A DNA stretch of 63,999 nucleotides, the filler included, from Dirinaria sp. TL-2023a (taxonomy: Eukaryota), in NCBI GenBank assembly GCA_051941275.1. It is 3 parts of 3 records of this genome, joined end to end, with 100 filler letters (N's around TTAATTAATTAA, not from the genome) between each part and the next. Parts side by side here need not be neighbours in the genome. Positions count along the whole stretch, not along the records: positions 44,235 to 63,999 come from JAVEBF010000315.1; 2 more parts are not named here. One strand, given 5' to 3'. How positions within the stretch are numbered: position 1 is the stretch's first letter; every line of letters starts with the position of its first letter. The position numbers were made by a program, and so were the translations under genes. Positions 45,510-58,830 of this stretch are shown in pieces. Under the pieces are notes generated by a model. It had not been told where the DNA came from, ran no database searches, and was given only the letters and a program-made list of their open reading frames with translations.

Positions 45510-48225
45510 CTACGTGTCCCCCAATTTTGCCCCAAAGTCCACGGCTAGAAGATTTGCGAGGATTTCCCAAGATGGCTCAGCACCTGTTCTGTGGACCCCT
45601 CGTAAGCCGGCAAGAATGAAGCTGTGTAGCTTTTTGAAAGTTTTGTGCATCTTGCTCACTCGATATACATTGGTAGTCTCATATGAGATATCAGGACATT
45701 GACCCTCTTGACCAGTTTCTACATCTTTGCGATTGCCTCCGCTCAATGAGGACGAGGCGGCGTCTCTATTGTATTGCCGAGACTTTCTTGGATGGGTGAT
45801 TGTGATATCTGAGGATTGGGGGAGGCGCATGGCAGTCCCGTGAGCCTCGGCAAATGACATTGCAAGGTCGAAAACCGAGATGATCCCTGTGTGAATAGGT
45901 GTGAGCTGTCGTGATAACAAGCATTGCCTTTCAAGCTGGAGTACATAATTCTTGTGTACCGAGATCATGTCGTCCAAGTCATTAGCCTTTGCTATGTCTT
46001 CGCGCATTCTGATTGTAGTTGCTGCGATGACTGGTCCAGTAAGGTATGCTAGGATCGCATTTGCAAACCATAGAAGGCGATGGCGCAGTAATAATGCGAG
46101 GCGAACCTCTGCAGCAGGGTTTTGACGCGTTGCTAGTGAGATTCGCCCAAAGTGCTGGTTGTCAAGTCTATGGATCACCCGCCGGCTTTGCACTAAGAGC
46201 ACGAAGACGCGCTGATAATGAACTAGTGCACCTGGTGGGATGATATTTGCTACCGCCCATGGAATGGCATAGGAAAGCTGCAGACTTTCAGAAGCCCTTA
46301 TCGATCTTTTTCGTTGCAAGAGGTCTAAACCATCTAAGTAACGAACACTGAGACGTTGACAAGCAGGGCCTAAGACAGGATCAAATGCCTCCCGGAAAAG
46401 CTGAGTCACTATTACACTGTCGGCCGAAGCGCCTTTTCCCCCGTCAATCATATCGAATAAAGAGTATAATGCATTGCTGCTCCGAGCGCCATCCCGCTGC
46501 AAATAGATATGCTCTAAAACGTTGAGCGTGTCATGCAAGCCGCAATGCGTCTCAAGCTGTTGCCGTAGTATCGTTGAAGATGAATAATATCTTTTTGTAG
46601 TCCATTTATTGAAAGCATAGTCGAAGAGCTCCGAGAACGGGGTCAATGTTCCATCACCTTGTTCTCCATTGATAATCTTAATGTCTAGACGATCACTCTC
46701 CCATGTCATATGGTGGCCATTCATTGCCTCATTTAGAGTTTTGAGGAACCTCACACTTTTCCCAGCATTAAATATTTTCTTCGCAGCCGTATGCACAAAA
46801 TTTGGTGCATAGGCTTGCCCATTCTCAAGCCGAGCCATGCTATACTGCTCATTCCATAAAGCTTCGCACGGGACTTTGCATTCGTTCTGCTTCACAAAGA
46901 AAACATTGTCAGACTTGACAAGATCTCCGTTCTCCATCCATGCTCGAATGGGCTTCAAATACGTTTCGAACCCCCCGAAGAAGATTTGCGCCATATCTCG
47001 ATAGCACTCGAGATCCCCATTTGCTTGAGCAGCACAGGTGCTAGCATAGAAGAACTCTAGGGCTTTGAAGGAGCTTTCGTTCTCATTTCTATCGTCCAGG
47101 CTCTCGGTTATTTTGGCTAGTTTTTGTATGATTCTACTTTTGTCCCTGATGCATGTGAGTAGATCAAGCAGGCTGATGACTCCTGCGGCACCATTGCCTG
47201 AAGTGAATGCTTCGAGAGCGAACAAATATCGAGTGAAGTCCGCCAGACGTGCAGACACCGCAGACTGCACGGTCTGGAGTATCGGAATTTTGGTCGGCTG
47301 GGTTACCCATTTTCGAACATTTGCTAGCATACTTCCAGTAACAGCAAAGCTATTGAGTAGATGCGTCAGAGATTCGGTCGAAAGATGGCTAAGGTGACAA
47401 TTCATTGAAAACAGATATCTGCCGTCTTCGAGCTGCGCGAAAGTAGATGTTGGCAGCCCCTGAAGCATGAAGAGTACGCCTCGACATAGCTGCATCTCGG
47501 TTGCTACGTGGCTCGAAGGCCGCCCTATCTGACACCCATCATCTAAAGACCGTGTCTCAAGCCTATTGCGCGATGGAATCTTTTCAACTGGGAGGATAAG
47601 GTCTTCGAAATTGATGGTCGAGTCTCCTGAGTCTTCGCCTGAGTCTATACTTGGGTCCGTGCTCTCGTCTGGGAAGGGTTGCTCATTTGGTTTGAAGCAC
47701 TCCTCTTCGTCGGATCCACCTGCGTAATCAACGCTGTCCCAAATTCCTTGCGCATTGTCAAGCGGGTCTTTCTCAAAGACCTCGGACCAAGTCAATGGAG
47801 GGGGCAATAGCTCGGGACCAGGTAGATTAGGATCCTCGACATGAGCATTCTGGGAGGGTCTGTCCGATAGGTGTAGGAGAAGGCACAGAATTTCCGGGTT
47901 GTACTTGTTCGGATAATTTGTGAGTTCGTTCAAGCGTATGCGGAGAGCGTCTGCCAAGCCGTCATTGTTATGTATCCTGAATTTTTCTTCCAGCCCAGCC
48001 AAACGTGATTCGACCTCCAAAGCGTCTGTGGACACTGCACGCGAAGTCGATAGAGTTCGTAAGGTGGCCAGCGTCAGTCTTTCGGGTTTTAGTTCCTCCT
48101 ATTTTCGCGAATTTAATTAGGTAGATTTCTCCTGGGGTCTTCCCCAACGAGCTCACCGTGAGACCACCGGCAAGGGCACGGACGAGATCTTCCGTTAGTG
48201 ACTTGATTGCCACCGATCGTGTCAT
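45510..48225 (-). CDS. GCP5: Gamma-tubulin complex component (Spc97/Spc98 family, GCP5-like), intron 48099-48156
   Basis: LAGLEEKFRIHNNDGLADAL, LCRGVLFMLQG, KIFNAGKSVRFL, YAIPWAVANII, HRLLWFANAILAYL and DLDDMISVH. Confidence 0.82.
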
Positions 48226-48600
48226 GAATCTTATCGCCGTGAGAGGGGACTATAAGTCCCTCATGGGCGAGCTCCAAACTACATGATGTACGGAGTATTA
48301 TCGATCAATACTACAGATGCCGATAGCACATGCCCCGAGGCGTTTCGTGACGCGCCAAGCCCCGTGCCGGTCCCTGCACAGCGGTTTCTTCGTCAAGCTT
48401 ATCTACTAAAATACATTTAGACTACCTTAGGTATCATCAACAGAACATGTATGGAGCTCTGAAATCTCAGGCAGAGCCCCATTGTCCCCACGTACTTGAT
48501 GCCATACTCCTTGCTCCTAGACTCGCAATGCTAGCTGCACTCTTTACCCGAATCCCGGCTGGATGACTCTATACCCCTTCATCACATCCTTTTTCCCAGT

Positions 48601-49967
48601 ATGGCTTTCTCCAGGCCAATCCGAGTGTTGGCAGGCATATCGACTTTCCTCTTTCTTTTCCTGATTTTCCAGGTAATCAGGTCGCCGCCGTCCTTAGCAC
48701 CTCCGACAGGCTCTGGCGATAAGCTTCCTGAAATGAAAAATGATCCAATGAACGATCGTCCGTTGGCCCCAACTATCGATAAGTTGCGAGCTGGCTAATA
48801 TGGGACAGCGACTGGCGAGCCCAAGGGCAAATTGTGGAGGGCGGATGACTATGCGCCGGATAACGCGAATGCTCCCCGGATCAATGCTACGATTCTCTCC
48901 TTGGTTCGGAATGAAGAAATCGATGGGATGATTCAATCCATGAACGACCTCGAGCGGACGTGGAATTCCAAATTCAACTATCCCTGGACTTTCTTCAACG
49001 ATGTCCCTTTTACGGAAGAGTTCAAAAAACGAACAAGAGCCGCAACCAAGGCTAAGTGCCATTATGGTAAGCCTTACGCTTTGCGACTCCAGCCTGGACT
49101 CAGGCGTATAGCGAGCGTTCCTAACGAAGACCTAGAGTTGATACCTAAAGAACACTGGGCCGTACCATCGTGGATCAATAACGACCTTTTCGAAGAGTCT
49201 GCTGCAATACTAGAGGAGCAAAAGATTCAGTACGGCAAATTGGTCTCCTACCACCAGATGTGCCGCTGGAACTCTGGAATGTTTTACCGTCATCCGGCGC
49301 TGCAGAATGTTCGCTACTATTGGCGTGTAGAACCTAAGATTCATTTCTTCTGTGACGTTGATTACGACGTCTTCCGCTACATGCAGGACCATAATAAGAC
49401 CTATGGTTTTACCATTAATCTTTATGATGCACCTCAGTCGATACCAACGTTGTGGCCAGAAACCCTCAAGTTCCTCGCCGCGCATCCCGAATACGAGAAC
49501 AAGTACAACGCGAAGGACTGGCTGATTGATAGCAAGAGGCGGCCCGAGCACAACATCAAAGCGAACGGATATTCAACATGTCATTTCTGGAGTAATTTTG
49601 AGATAGCAGATATGGATTTTTGGAGGAGCAAGCCCTACGAAGATTATTTCGAGCATCTTGACCGGGCTGGAGGATTTTTCTACGAAAGGTGGGGGGATGC
49701 ACCAGTACATTCTATTGCTTTAGGTCTGTTCGAGGATGCGAGCAAAATCCACTGGTGAAATATCCAAGATCAGCAGGTATCGATGCGTATTTGCTGACCT
49801 CATTTCCCAGGTTCCGAGATATCGGCTACCAGCACATACCTTATTTCAACTGCCCAAATTCGCCTAAATGTAAAGGATGCGTGAAAGGACGCTTTACCGA
49901 TGGCGAGAAATGGCTTTATAAAGAGGACTGTAGACCAAATTGGTTCAAATATGTGGGGATGGGTTGA
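48601..49967 (+). CDS. Alpha-1,2-mannosyltransferase, GT15 KRE2/KTR family (Ktr5/Ktr7-like), 4 exons
   Basis: Type II signal anchor, NATILSLVRN, SYHQMCRWNSG, YYWRVEP, CHFWSNFEI and YERWGDAPVHS. Confidence 0.92.
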
Positions 49968-50494
49968 AGAAATTAATGGACAGATCTGTCAACACTACAT
50001 GTATTATTCAGGCGTCTAGTTCCGGTACCATCATTTGGAATTTGAGTCTATAAATATCTGGGTTAAAACTATCCAAAGGCTCCAGCTTCTTCCAAATAAA
50101 TAAGTACACATGGCTGGTGCAGTTGAGCCAGCTTTATCCACTTTGCATTGTCGTAAGCATAAGCTGTCACATCCGTATTTCCCATCCGCATTTCAGTACA
50201 GAGGCAAAATGGGCATGATGGTAGCATGAGAAACTTCGGCTATCTCTAAAAGGGCATGTAGCCCGGACACGCAGTCCCGGCGCTTTCGAGGGCACTGCTC
50301 GCTGTATTGTGCAGGACGTTCGAAAGATGAGGATTCTCAGTGATGAACATTCCCTTGTCTACACTGCATAAATACATAGCCATCCAGTGACACGCTTTCT
50401 TCGTACCTCTTCCGCTAATTGGCCAGGCCAGCATCATAACGCTGCATTATTGGCGCGAATTTGTGCACGCCTCCTTTGCCAGCTCTTCAGAATT

Positions 50495-51383
50495 TCAGGG
50501 CTCCTCCTTTGGTTTCTCATCTTCGGGCAGCCAATTCTCCTTGTCCCTATTCGATGAAAAGATAACACCAGGGTACAAGTCTTCTTTCAAACTCACGCCC
50601 AGCTCTTCCCGCAAAGTTTTGAGCTCACGCAGGTACGCCTGATATTGGGCTTTGTTCTCCACTTTTACCTTGATACCTAGGCAAAGAAATTTTTAGCTAG
50701 TGTCCCTGGTATCATGGCCGTGCACGGAAGCGATTAGTGAGAGTTTGGTCACCGAATCTACCGACATGATGCGACCGCGCGATGGAACTCGTAAAGCTCG
50801 TTCAAAATAGATGTAAGGTTGAGATGCTAACCTTCGAACACCCGTACAGCAGTGGGGAAATCATTAACTCTACGCGCAGCTTTCAGAGCGGCTGCTATGA
50901 CGGAGACAGAAGGGACGAGATCGTAGGCGAAAGCGTTATTCAGATTTCGCTTCGAATGCAGGACAGATCAGTTGACAAAATAGTATAAGGTTGTAGCACG
51001 GCTTTCCGGTTGATTTCGTACCTGTAGCTCGAACACGTCTTGGACATTGTTGAACTCGTTCTCGTAGCTGAATCGAACAAGGAGCGTTAGTACAACGATT
51101 TATTCTTGCTGCAACAGCGAATCATGGTCTCACTTGACCTCAGCCGCTGCATAAGAGTTACAGCATTGGATATCCGTACTTACCGCGCAGTGAACTCTTC
51201 GAAGCTTTCGTCTTGATCACCAGCACCGCCAGACGCTTTACTCGCTGTTGTGCTAAACTCACAGCATCCAGTGCCCGCTGTACGTGCTATTAGGATCGGC
51301 AATCGTCGAGCCGTTGAAGGTGGCCTTCGCACAAGGGAGAGCTGTGTACGCGCCGCAAGGCGAAAGAATGATTCGGAAGACAT
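50495..51383 (-). CDS. COX6: Cytochrome c oxidase subunit VI (COX5A family), 4 exons
   Basis: ESFEEFTAR-YENEF...DVFELQ-RNLNNAFAYDLVPS...AALKAARRVNDFPTAVRVFE-GIKVKVEN. Introns 51068-51183, 50950-51021 and 50677-50831. Confidence 0.93.
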
Positions 51384-51731
51384 TGAGTAGAGAATGAAGC
51401 TACGGGAAGCTGAACAAGATATCAGCACCTCAGGAAGCAAGTCAATGATCAAATAACCTTCGTTACGGCTCTCAGGTACGAGGTACCTGGACTAGCGCCA
51501 ATTTGCTGACACAACTCATGACTGGCCCTCGATTAATCATGCCCTGAGAATGCATATTTATCACGTGATCAGTTCATGAATAAGATGCATCAAAGGTACA
51601 TAATTCGTTAGTGGTAAATAAGCGAGCTAAGGTACGGTAAAGCCTGCTCGCGGATTACAAAATAATTCAGACACTAAATGCGCCAAGCCTCACCCAGAGT
51701 GTTCAAATTACCCAGATCAACGCCATAAGTT

Positions 51732-51830
51732 CTGGCTAGCGCGGTCATGGGGTCAAATGAAAGTCACCCGGGGGACCACCCGACTCCCGAGGGACCCAAT
51801 ATTACCTGATGGATCACCGAATTGCTACCT
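51732..51830. repeat. Degenerate dispersed repeat, copy 2 (similar to 361-454)
   Basis: CTGGCTAGCG / GGTCAAATGAAAGTCACCCGGGGGACCACCC / AATATTACC / TTGCTACCT. Confidence 0.7.
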
Positions 51831-52313
51831 GGGGGTGTGAGCCGTGCTCACCAAACCTTACCTGTATTCCCCTGAACCACTGGCCTTGGCGTACACGACG
51901 CTAGTGAGGACTTATGGCGTCGATCTCCGTTCTGCAACTTGCTCCTGCTGGACAGTCCAATCGGATCAAAGTATATCCGAAAGCCGGCTTGTCGGGCAGT
52001 ACAGGAGTACAGTGGTACGGTAGCTTGTTGACCAGCTGCGCACTCTCCTTTCCTTCCGCCGTACATTATTTACATTTTGTCCATGCCGTCTTATTTTCGC
52101 CAGTAGCTGATGAGAGCGACCATTTAGCCTCAGTCAGCGATTGTTTATTCCTTTCTTGTCGCTCCTTTGCCACTATTTGGCACTCAACCTTCCACTTCCT
52201 TCACAGCGGCTTCAGCGGGAAAAACAAGACCTTTCTAAGAGAGGCCATAACTGATCGCTCCACGATTAACGACTTTTGCCACACATTGAGAGGGACACTG
52301 AACAACCTTAGTC

Positions 52314-53506
52314 ATGTCCTTGGACGTGCTGAAGTCGATACCATTTCCTGTGCCTTCTGTTGACCGGCCATTTGGCGTCGAGTTATGGCCCATCTTCAGT
52401 CAGCTGTTCTCCCTCGTCCGAGGCTACCCACCGCAAGACTTCCGTTTCGTGGCTGGCGAGACGCCATTGTCAACATTGAAGGCGACAGTCACAACCTTAA
52501 TAACCTACTACGTTGTCGTCCTGGGTGGGAGAGAGCTAATGAGGACGCGGCCTGCCTTGAAATTGAACGGACTGTTCATGATACACAACTTGTACCTCAC
52601 GATTGTCAGTGGGTCTCTCCTAGCATTGTTTACCGAGCAGGTGGCGCCGACCATATGGAGAAAGGGGATTTTCTTTACGATCTGCAATCATCAAGGAGGC
52701 TGGACGAATGAACTGGTTATCTTGTACTATGTCCGTGATATTCAGCAATGTCCTCTTAACAGATCCTCGGCTGATTGACGTGCAGCTCAATTACCTCACA
52801 AAATACGTTGAATTCATCGATACCATCTTTTTAGTGCTTAAGAAGAAGCCATTGAGTAAGTCTGTCCGTAACTTGGATCGTGTGAAGCACAAACGGATAC
52901 GAATGATGGGCAGCCTGCTGACCTGACCGTCGCATAGCGTTCCTTCACACCTACCATCATGGTGCCACTGCCCTTCTGTGCTACACCCAACTCATCGGTA
53001 TAACCTCCGTCTCTTGGGTGCCGATAACTCTCAACCTCCTTGTGCATGTCGTCATGTACTGGTATTACTTTCAATCTGCACGCGGCATCCGCATCTGGTG
53101 GAAAGAATGGATTACCCGCCTGCAAATCATCCAATTTGTAATCGATCTCGGTTTTGTCTATTTCGCATCCTGGACATATTTTACTAGTACTTACTTTCCT
53201 CATTTACCGAACATGGGCAGGTGCGCCGGCGAGGAATTTGCTGCGTTTGCTGGCATGGGTATATTGAGCAGTTATCTACTGCTGTTCATCAGTTTCTATG
53301 CGGCGACCTATAAAAAAGAGGGCAAAGCGAAAGGGAAGGGAAGAGCTAGAAGAAGGAGCAGCACAGCGATGGCAAGGCAAGCGACATTCGATATGGCACA
53401 TGCTGAGGTACCTAGTGTAGATATTGGCCATGCGAGCGCGGTCGCAAATCGAAGTGCGAATGGCAGCGCAAACAAAAGACCATCGCCGAACACCCGGAAG
53501 GCGTGA
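52314..53506 (+). CDS. Very-long-chain fatty acid elongase (GNS1/SUR4 family, Elo2-like), 3 exons
   Basis: [20 protein letters not shown], His box [20 protein letters not shown] and [13 protein letters not shown]. Confidence 0.93.
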
Positions 53507-56500
53507 GCGTCCAGGCAGGCAGACTATCGGCGGAGAGTGCTACATTATTCAGAGCACTGGCGCTGGGGGAGGGGCCGGATAGAACGTGGAGTCGCTTGTG
53601 CGCCGCTATCCAGCGCATGTGTGGAGAGCGCGTTATTTGCGGTGGAATAAGGTACAGTATTTTGTACGCGCAGCATGCAATGATTAGGATCGTTCTCTGG
53701 TATTTAAAAGCTAACATATGGAGAAAGTCAGGTGGTGGTCAGGGCCTAGATAGTTTTCTTTCTCGTTGTGCATACTCAATTTTCCACTTGTACATTAAGC
53801 TGCGGTGGCTCTGACGCTAATGTGTCCACAATGGATCAGGCTGTGAATCCCTTTTCGAAAGCATTTACTAGCAATCTTGTATTCGTAGACTGTACTTTAC
53901 CGTGGGAGGGTGGAGAGAGTAAGATGTGCTTTGTCAAATAGGAACTGTAGATCACTTATTGCCCTCCGCTCTTATCCTGCGAGCCGGCTAAAGTCCTGGT
54001 TTGTATGCTGTTATTTGGCGGCTACCGCCAGAAGCTTGCTAGCAGTATTGAAGAGCTGCTCTTCGTCAGCTTCCACGCTATTAAGCCAGACCGTCTGGTT
54101 TACTTTATGGTTCTTTAACTTTTCACGAACCTCCAAATCATTAATATTGTATTCGTCGGTAAATCACTTTCCTCGCGCATAAATCCTTGTGCACGCTGCA
54201 GCACAGACCATACTTCATACCAACCCATCGAGTAGATACAGTACTGTATCTGCGTACCTAAAGTACGGAGTACGCTCGGTCAAGATTCACGATTGCGCAG
54301 CCGATGCATATCTACTCGACTGTACTCCGTATGTAAGGTAGTTTAGCTAAACTCGATCGTGATCTACTTCCGCCGGCTTAGCTTTTTAGATAAGCTTCAC
54401 AGGGGGATACAACCTGTAATCATCGAATTGAAAGGCTCGTCTAATGCCCCATATCATCGTACGGTGGAGCAGCGCTGGCCCTTACCGTACAGTTGAACTA
54501 CATGCTTGCAGACTACCTTACCTCAAGGCATCAACGAAAGCTAGTACACTACCAAGAGGATTTTGTACCTGTTCGCACATGGCTAAAACCCACATATAGA
54601 GCTACCTTACTTTAGAGAACGCATTCAAACCCATGACCCTTTACCTGACGATGCTGAAACTACCAAAGCCTAGCAAAACCACCGGAATAGATTGCCAAGG
54701 CTGGTCCTATCAGGTACTTAAGGTAGCTAGGGTAAATGTAAGTAAGCAAGACACAAAATGCTTTGAGAGTTCAAGGATTAATGGCGCGGTGACAACGAGG
54801 GGCGCTTGGATGCAGTGCCCTGGGAAGCATGGAGCTGAGAAAAGAAGACTAAGACCCATTGATATAGCCCAGCACTGCGTGAATGCGTGTTGCTCGGTTT
54901 CTGACCTTCATCTCGAACGTCCGTCTGGAGCTTCCATACCTTAAGTTATTATTATTGGAAAAGAGTTTGCTGATCTGCTACAAAAATACAACAGAAACTC
55001 TTTCGAACTTCGTACTGGGGTACCTTATGAGATTCACTACTACCAAGTGTAGATGGATTAGTTGCTCGTGCAGCCTTGATACGGATGACTAGCGGCTCAG
55101 CTGATTAGTCGAGTACTTCCGACCCGCTTGGATGCGGACGACCACGTGCATGGAGATATTCGAAGCCAGCAAATCGCAGTAAAGTGGAGTGAGTGGAATT
55201 AGATTAGTATAGGGACAAGATCGAGATGTCTGCATTGCATGGAGGCAGACGAAGTTCTCGCCGATGACCTTTGCCTCGTCGCTACATACTGCAAAGTAAA
55301 TTTTATTGTTTGCAACATTATGATTGTTTTACTCGTACCACCAACACGTCCCCGTGCGTTCGCAGATGCAAGTAACGTAGTAGCAGCTGAATCTCCACCA
55401 GGCAAATGCGCTGCCACTTTTTGCCCCTTTCTAGAAGGGCTACACTTCTAATGACCTTCAAGCGGGGCGCACCCTGGATGGCAGGGTACGCGGTCACCCT
55501 CGGACTTGGTATGGATAAGATCTAGTCTTCAAGTGAACTTGGAGCTATCGCTGATATCAAAAGACGCAAAGCGCGAGCGATAGTTACTGTCGCTTGAGCG
55601 CAAATGCGGTACGAATACCCCCAGTCAGCCATTGGGTCCATCAAGCCCTTGGTTAATTCTGGACGTCGTTGTCCCTCTTCGAGCATTGAATTTTCGTATA
55701 ATAATAGAGGCAAATTATTACAGCTTGCAAGGTCATACATCTGTAAAAGCTCAGACGAGGCTGAGGCACCGGGAAGGGGCCAGGGGTCGGACAAGTAAGA
55801 GCGAGATATCGTTGGGGGATGAAACGGGGACAACTACTTAATAATAGTCTCTCGCGCCGCCTACGCCGTTCCGTGGGCAGATTATTGTGACGAGGCGAGC
55901 GACGATCAGAGGTTGATAGTAGTCGAAACCAACATTGATCAACCTGTTTAGGTGTCGGCAATGCCGTCATCGTGTGCGAAGATATTACCTGCTAAAGACT
56001 AGCGGCCATACCGACAGATGCTCTGTGGGCAACCAGTGGTACTGATGCTACTGCTGGCTAAGGTACGGATCTCTTCTTGACTCCTAAGTAGGTGGATGAG
56101 TATGAAGCAGCACAGGAGCAGAGAGGATGAGGATCGGCGATGATGATGTATGTCTGACCTCGAATATCTATCTACCTTGATGGACGCTCGCATCGCTGCC
56201 AGTCGTTGGCATTCGATTCGGAAGAAGACGACGTGCTTTCTTCTGGATCACCCGTGCATAAGGTAAGGTAGCTAGTGGTCGGATAATTTCAAGTCTTTTG
56301 TCCAATTGCGAGGCCTGCTGCCTAGAGCATGCGCTGCAATGATGAGCGTTGTCGTGCTTACTGCTAGGTCTTACTTGGATAAGACGGGATCAGAGGGGTC
56401 ACACCACACCCTATAAAGGGTGCGGTTGGCGGGGGTTGCACCAATGGGGCGCAAATTATCCTTTCTTTGGTCTATGGCGAATCCAATCATCCGTCTGAAA

Positions 56501-57068
56501 CGGTGGCAAACCTTCCGTCGTCCATCCACCGCCCATCGCACCAACCACGCCTGCATCATCCAAAAGTCATTGTGGCATGTCGCTTGTCTCCGCGACCTAC
56601 CTTGCCTTAGTAAATGCCACTCTAACTTGAGCCTGCTTTCTGCTCTGGTTTTAGTCGTGCACTGATGGCTCAACCCTGCCCTCGGTCTGCAGGAAGCTGC
56701 CCGCAATGTAAGTTCCGACCCGATGCTGATCTACCCACAGTCGCTGCGTATCGTGCCGCACGCTGCGACATTACGATGATGCTTGGGTGAGATACTTCTA
56801 CTCCGGCGCCCCACCCTGTCTTAATAATCTCTCCATGCTCTTCCGGTATCTCGCAACTCTAACTCATTAATCACCGGATTGATGAGCCACCAGTCCTCTT
56901 TTGTGTTGCATCTTGTATGAATTGATACCCTGATCGTCATTACTAAGGGTCAAATCAATGTTCAGCTGGATCACTTCCATCCCCTGATATTATATCCCAC
57001 CTGGTCAGCAACTTCGCACCTGCTCTGGAACGCTTCCAGAGAGTTTGCTTAAATCCAAAAACTGTCGA

Positions 57069-58082
57069 ATGACCATCATGCCCATCCTGCAACGTCGTCC
57101 TGCGATTCTGGGCCAAAAATATAGCGCGAGCATGCGGGATAGCAACAGCAGTAACAGTGCCTCACAGGAGCACATCGTCATTGTGGCAGACGACGACGAC
57201 GAAAAGCCACAGAAAGAAATGGACTTCCCTTCGGCAAATCTTACGCAGGCACTCAAACCTAAAACGAGGGCCAACCTCCGCATCAACACCTATTCAAAGA
57301 CCGAGCTTCACGATCGGTACATGTCCAGCGAGGAAGAACCTTCGCCAAGTCCTGAGTGTGAAGAAAACCATGAGGAGGAACTGAAGCACAAGTTGTCATC
57401 GAGGCTTGAAGACACGGCAGAACTGCCGATAGCCATCGACACTGAAGCCGAGATCGCCATCGCTGTGCCTATTCTTGCGCTTGGGCGTCCGAAGCTCGTC
57501 GATATTACTAATTTGGCCCCGATACGCAAACGCAAGCAACGCATCCCAAAGTCGCAAATCCCTCACTGCGCGTTGAAAAACCATGGGAACCGCCTACCCG
57601 CCGTTACGGAGAAGAATACCCCCTTTCTCGCCCACGAGGCTGCCGAGGTCGTAACTTCTCCTCCGCCTAAGGCTAACCTAGCTTTGAAGCGGAAGGGAAG
57701 TAGGCATATGTTAACAGCACCGGAATCATGGCTGCCAGATGAAGCATCTATTTCAGAAGAAGAGCACGGTTCGCCCAGCCTGGATGTGCGCCGTACCCCT
57801 AGCTATCATGACTACGATCCGTATTCCCTGGAGCCACCACGCCTCACAGCTTCTCCTAGGGGAAGCGTGTCTCGCGCGCGCGGCAACTCCGGGCCTCCGC
57901 CTCTAAATCACCATACCTCTGGGTGGAAAGGACTTACTCGTTCATTGAGTCTAGCAAGAAAGCAACACTCGCATCAGCAGATTACTAAGAAGCCGAAGAT
58001 GATCGCCCGTGGTGCAAATGAACGGGAGGACCCGCTCATTATTCCACCATTTCCGTTTGAAGAGGCCGGCGTCGCTGCGTAG
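57069..58082 (+). CDS. Hypothetical, largely disordered protein (~337 aa)
   Basis: Long single ORF behind a ~3.5-kb intergenic region, with short motif-like islands (GRPKLVDI; KPKMIARGANERE..LIIPPFP). Confidence 0.7.
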   Translation: MTIMPILQRRPAILGQKYSASMRDSNSSNSASQEHIVIVADDDDEKPQKEMDFPSANLTQALKPKTRANLRINTYSKTELHDRYMSSEEEPSPSPECEENHEEELKHKLSSRLEDTAELPIAIDTEAEIAIAVPILALGRPKLVDITNLAPIRKRKQRIPKSQIPHCALKNHGNRLPAVTEKNTPFLAHEAAEVVTSPPPKANLALKRKGSRHMLTAPESWLPDEASISEEEHGSPSLDVRRTPSYHDYDPYSLEPPRLTASPRGSVSRARGNSGPPPLNHHTSGWKGLTRSLSLARKQHSHQQITKKPKMIARGANEREDPLIIPPFPFEEAGVAA

Positions 58083-58830
58083 TGCCGGGATGGCCCCGTC
58101 ATTTTCCAGGTGGAATCGAAGTCTCATGGTTTGGTATTCACTGATGGTACTGGAAGAGAAATAACGAAAAGATCCTGACTCGAGATGTGGAGATCATGTC
58201 ATAGGATACACACTCATTGTATGTAATGACGTTTCACAGGAATGACATATCTTGATAGATATCAAGCACACTTCAAGAAATGAATATACTGAATCTGCCA
58301 TTAACGTGAAGCTTGCATTTCCCTTATGTTGGAGCAGGTACAATTGAAGAGTCAAGGGTCTTGCATAGGCAGGTGAAGGCAATTGAAATGTATTTCAAGG
58401 AGTCCATTGCATTTCAAGCACGTACGAAAAATGTCGTACATCCTTATCATATCCGAGAAATGTCCGAGGCGACGAGGACCTAATCTCGAAGCGGCTAGAG
58501 CATTCCACAATTACCGTACTTATCCCCCTCTTCATCTCCAAAACCCATGTTTCTATCTTTCAAAGCATGGCGGATGGGAGTGAATCTATAGAATTTCTCA
58601 AGAAATCCATCATTCTGCTTGTGCCAGCTGACCTGTACCGAGTATTGCTGCAGTACACCCACTTCTTTGGTAAGGCAATAACAAATGATCGTTGAATTAA
58701 TTAAAGTATAGAAATACAACTTCGGACATCGGGACTATTGGAAGACTCTTGGAAGCCATGGGATGAGAATATCGACTTTGCACGGCTTAGAAATCTAAAG
58801 TCGGAAGCATCAGCTTCGGCGATATCTGCT

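Noticed and set aside
53800..57000. Numerous 60-110-aa ORFs in the large intergenic region
   Set aside because: No motifs, no codon bias and no coherent exon chain. No 5S rRNA, tRNA or snRNA signature was recognised.
58567..58830. Possible upstream exon extending the asparaginase N-terminus (ATG 58567, 42-nt intron)
   Set aside because: It joins in frame, but the intron is very short with a weak branch site and the peptide resembles nothing I recognise. Left unresolved.
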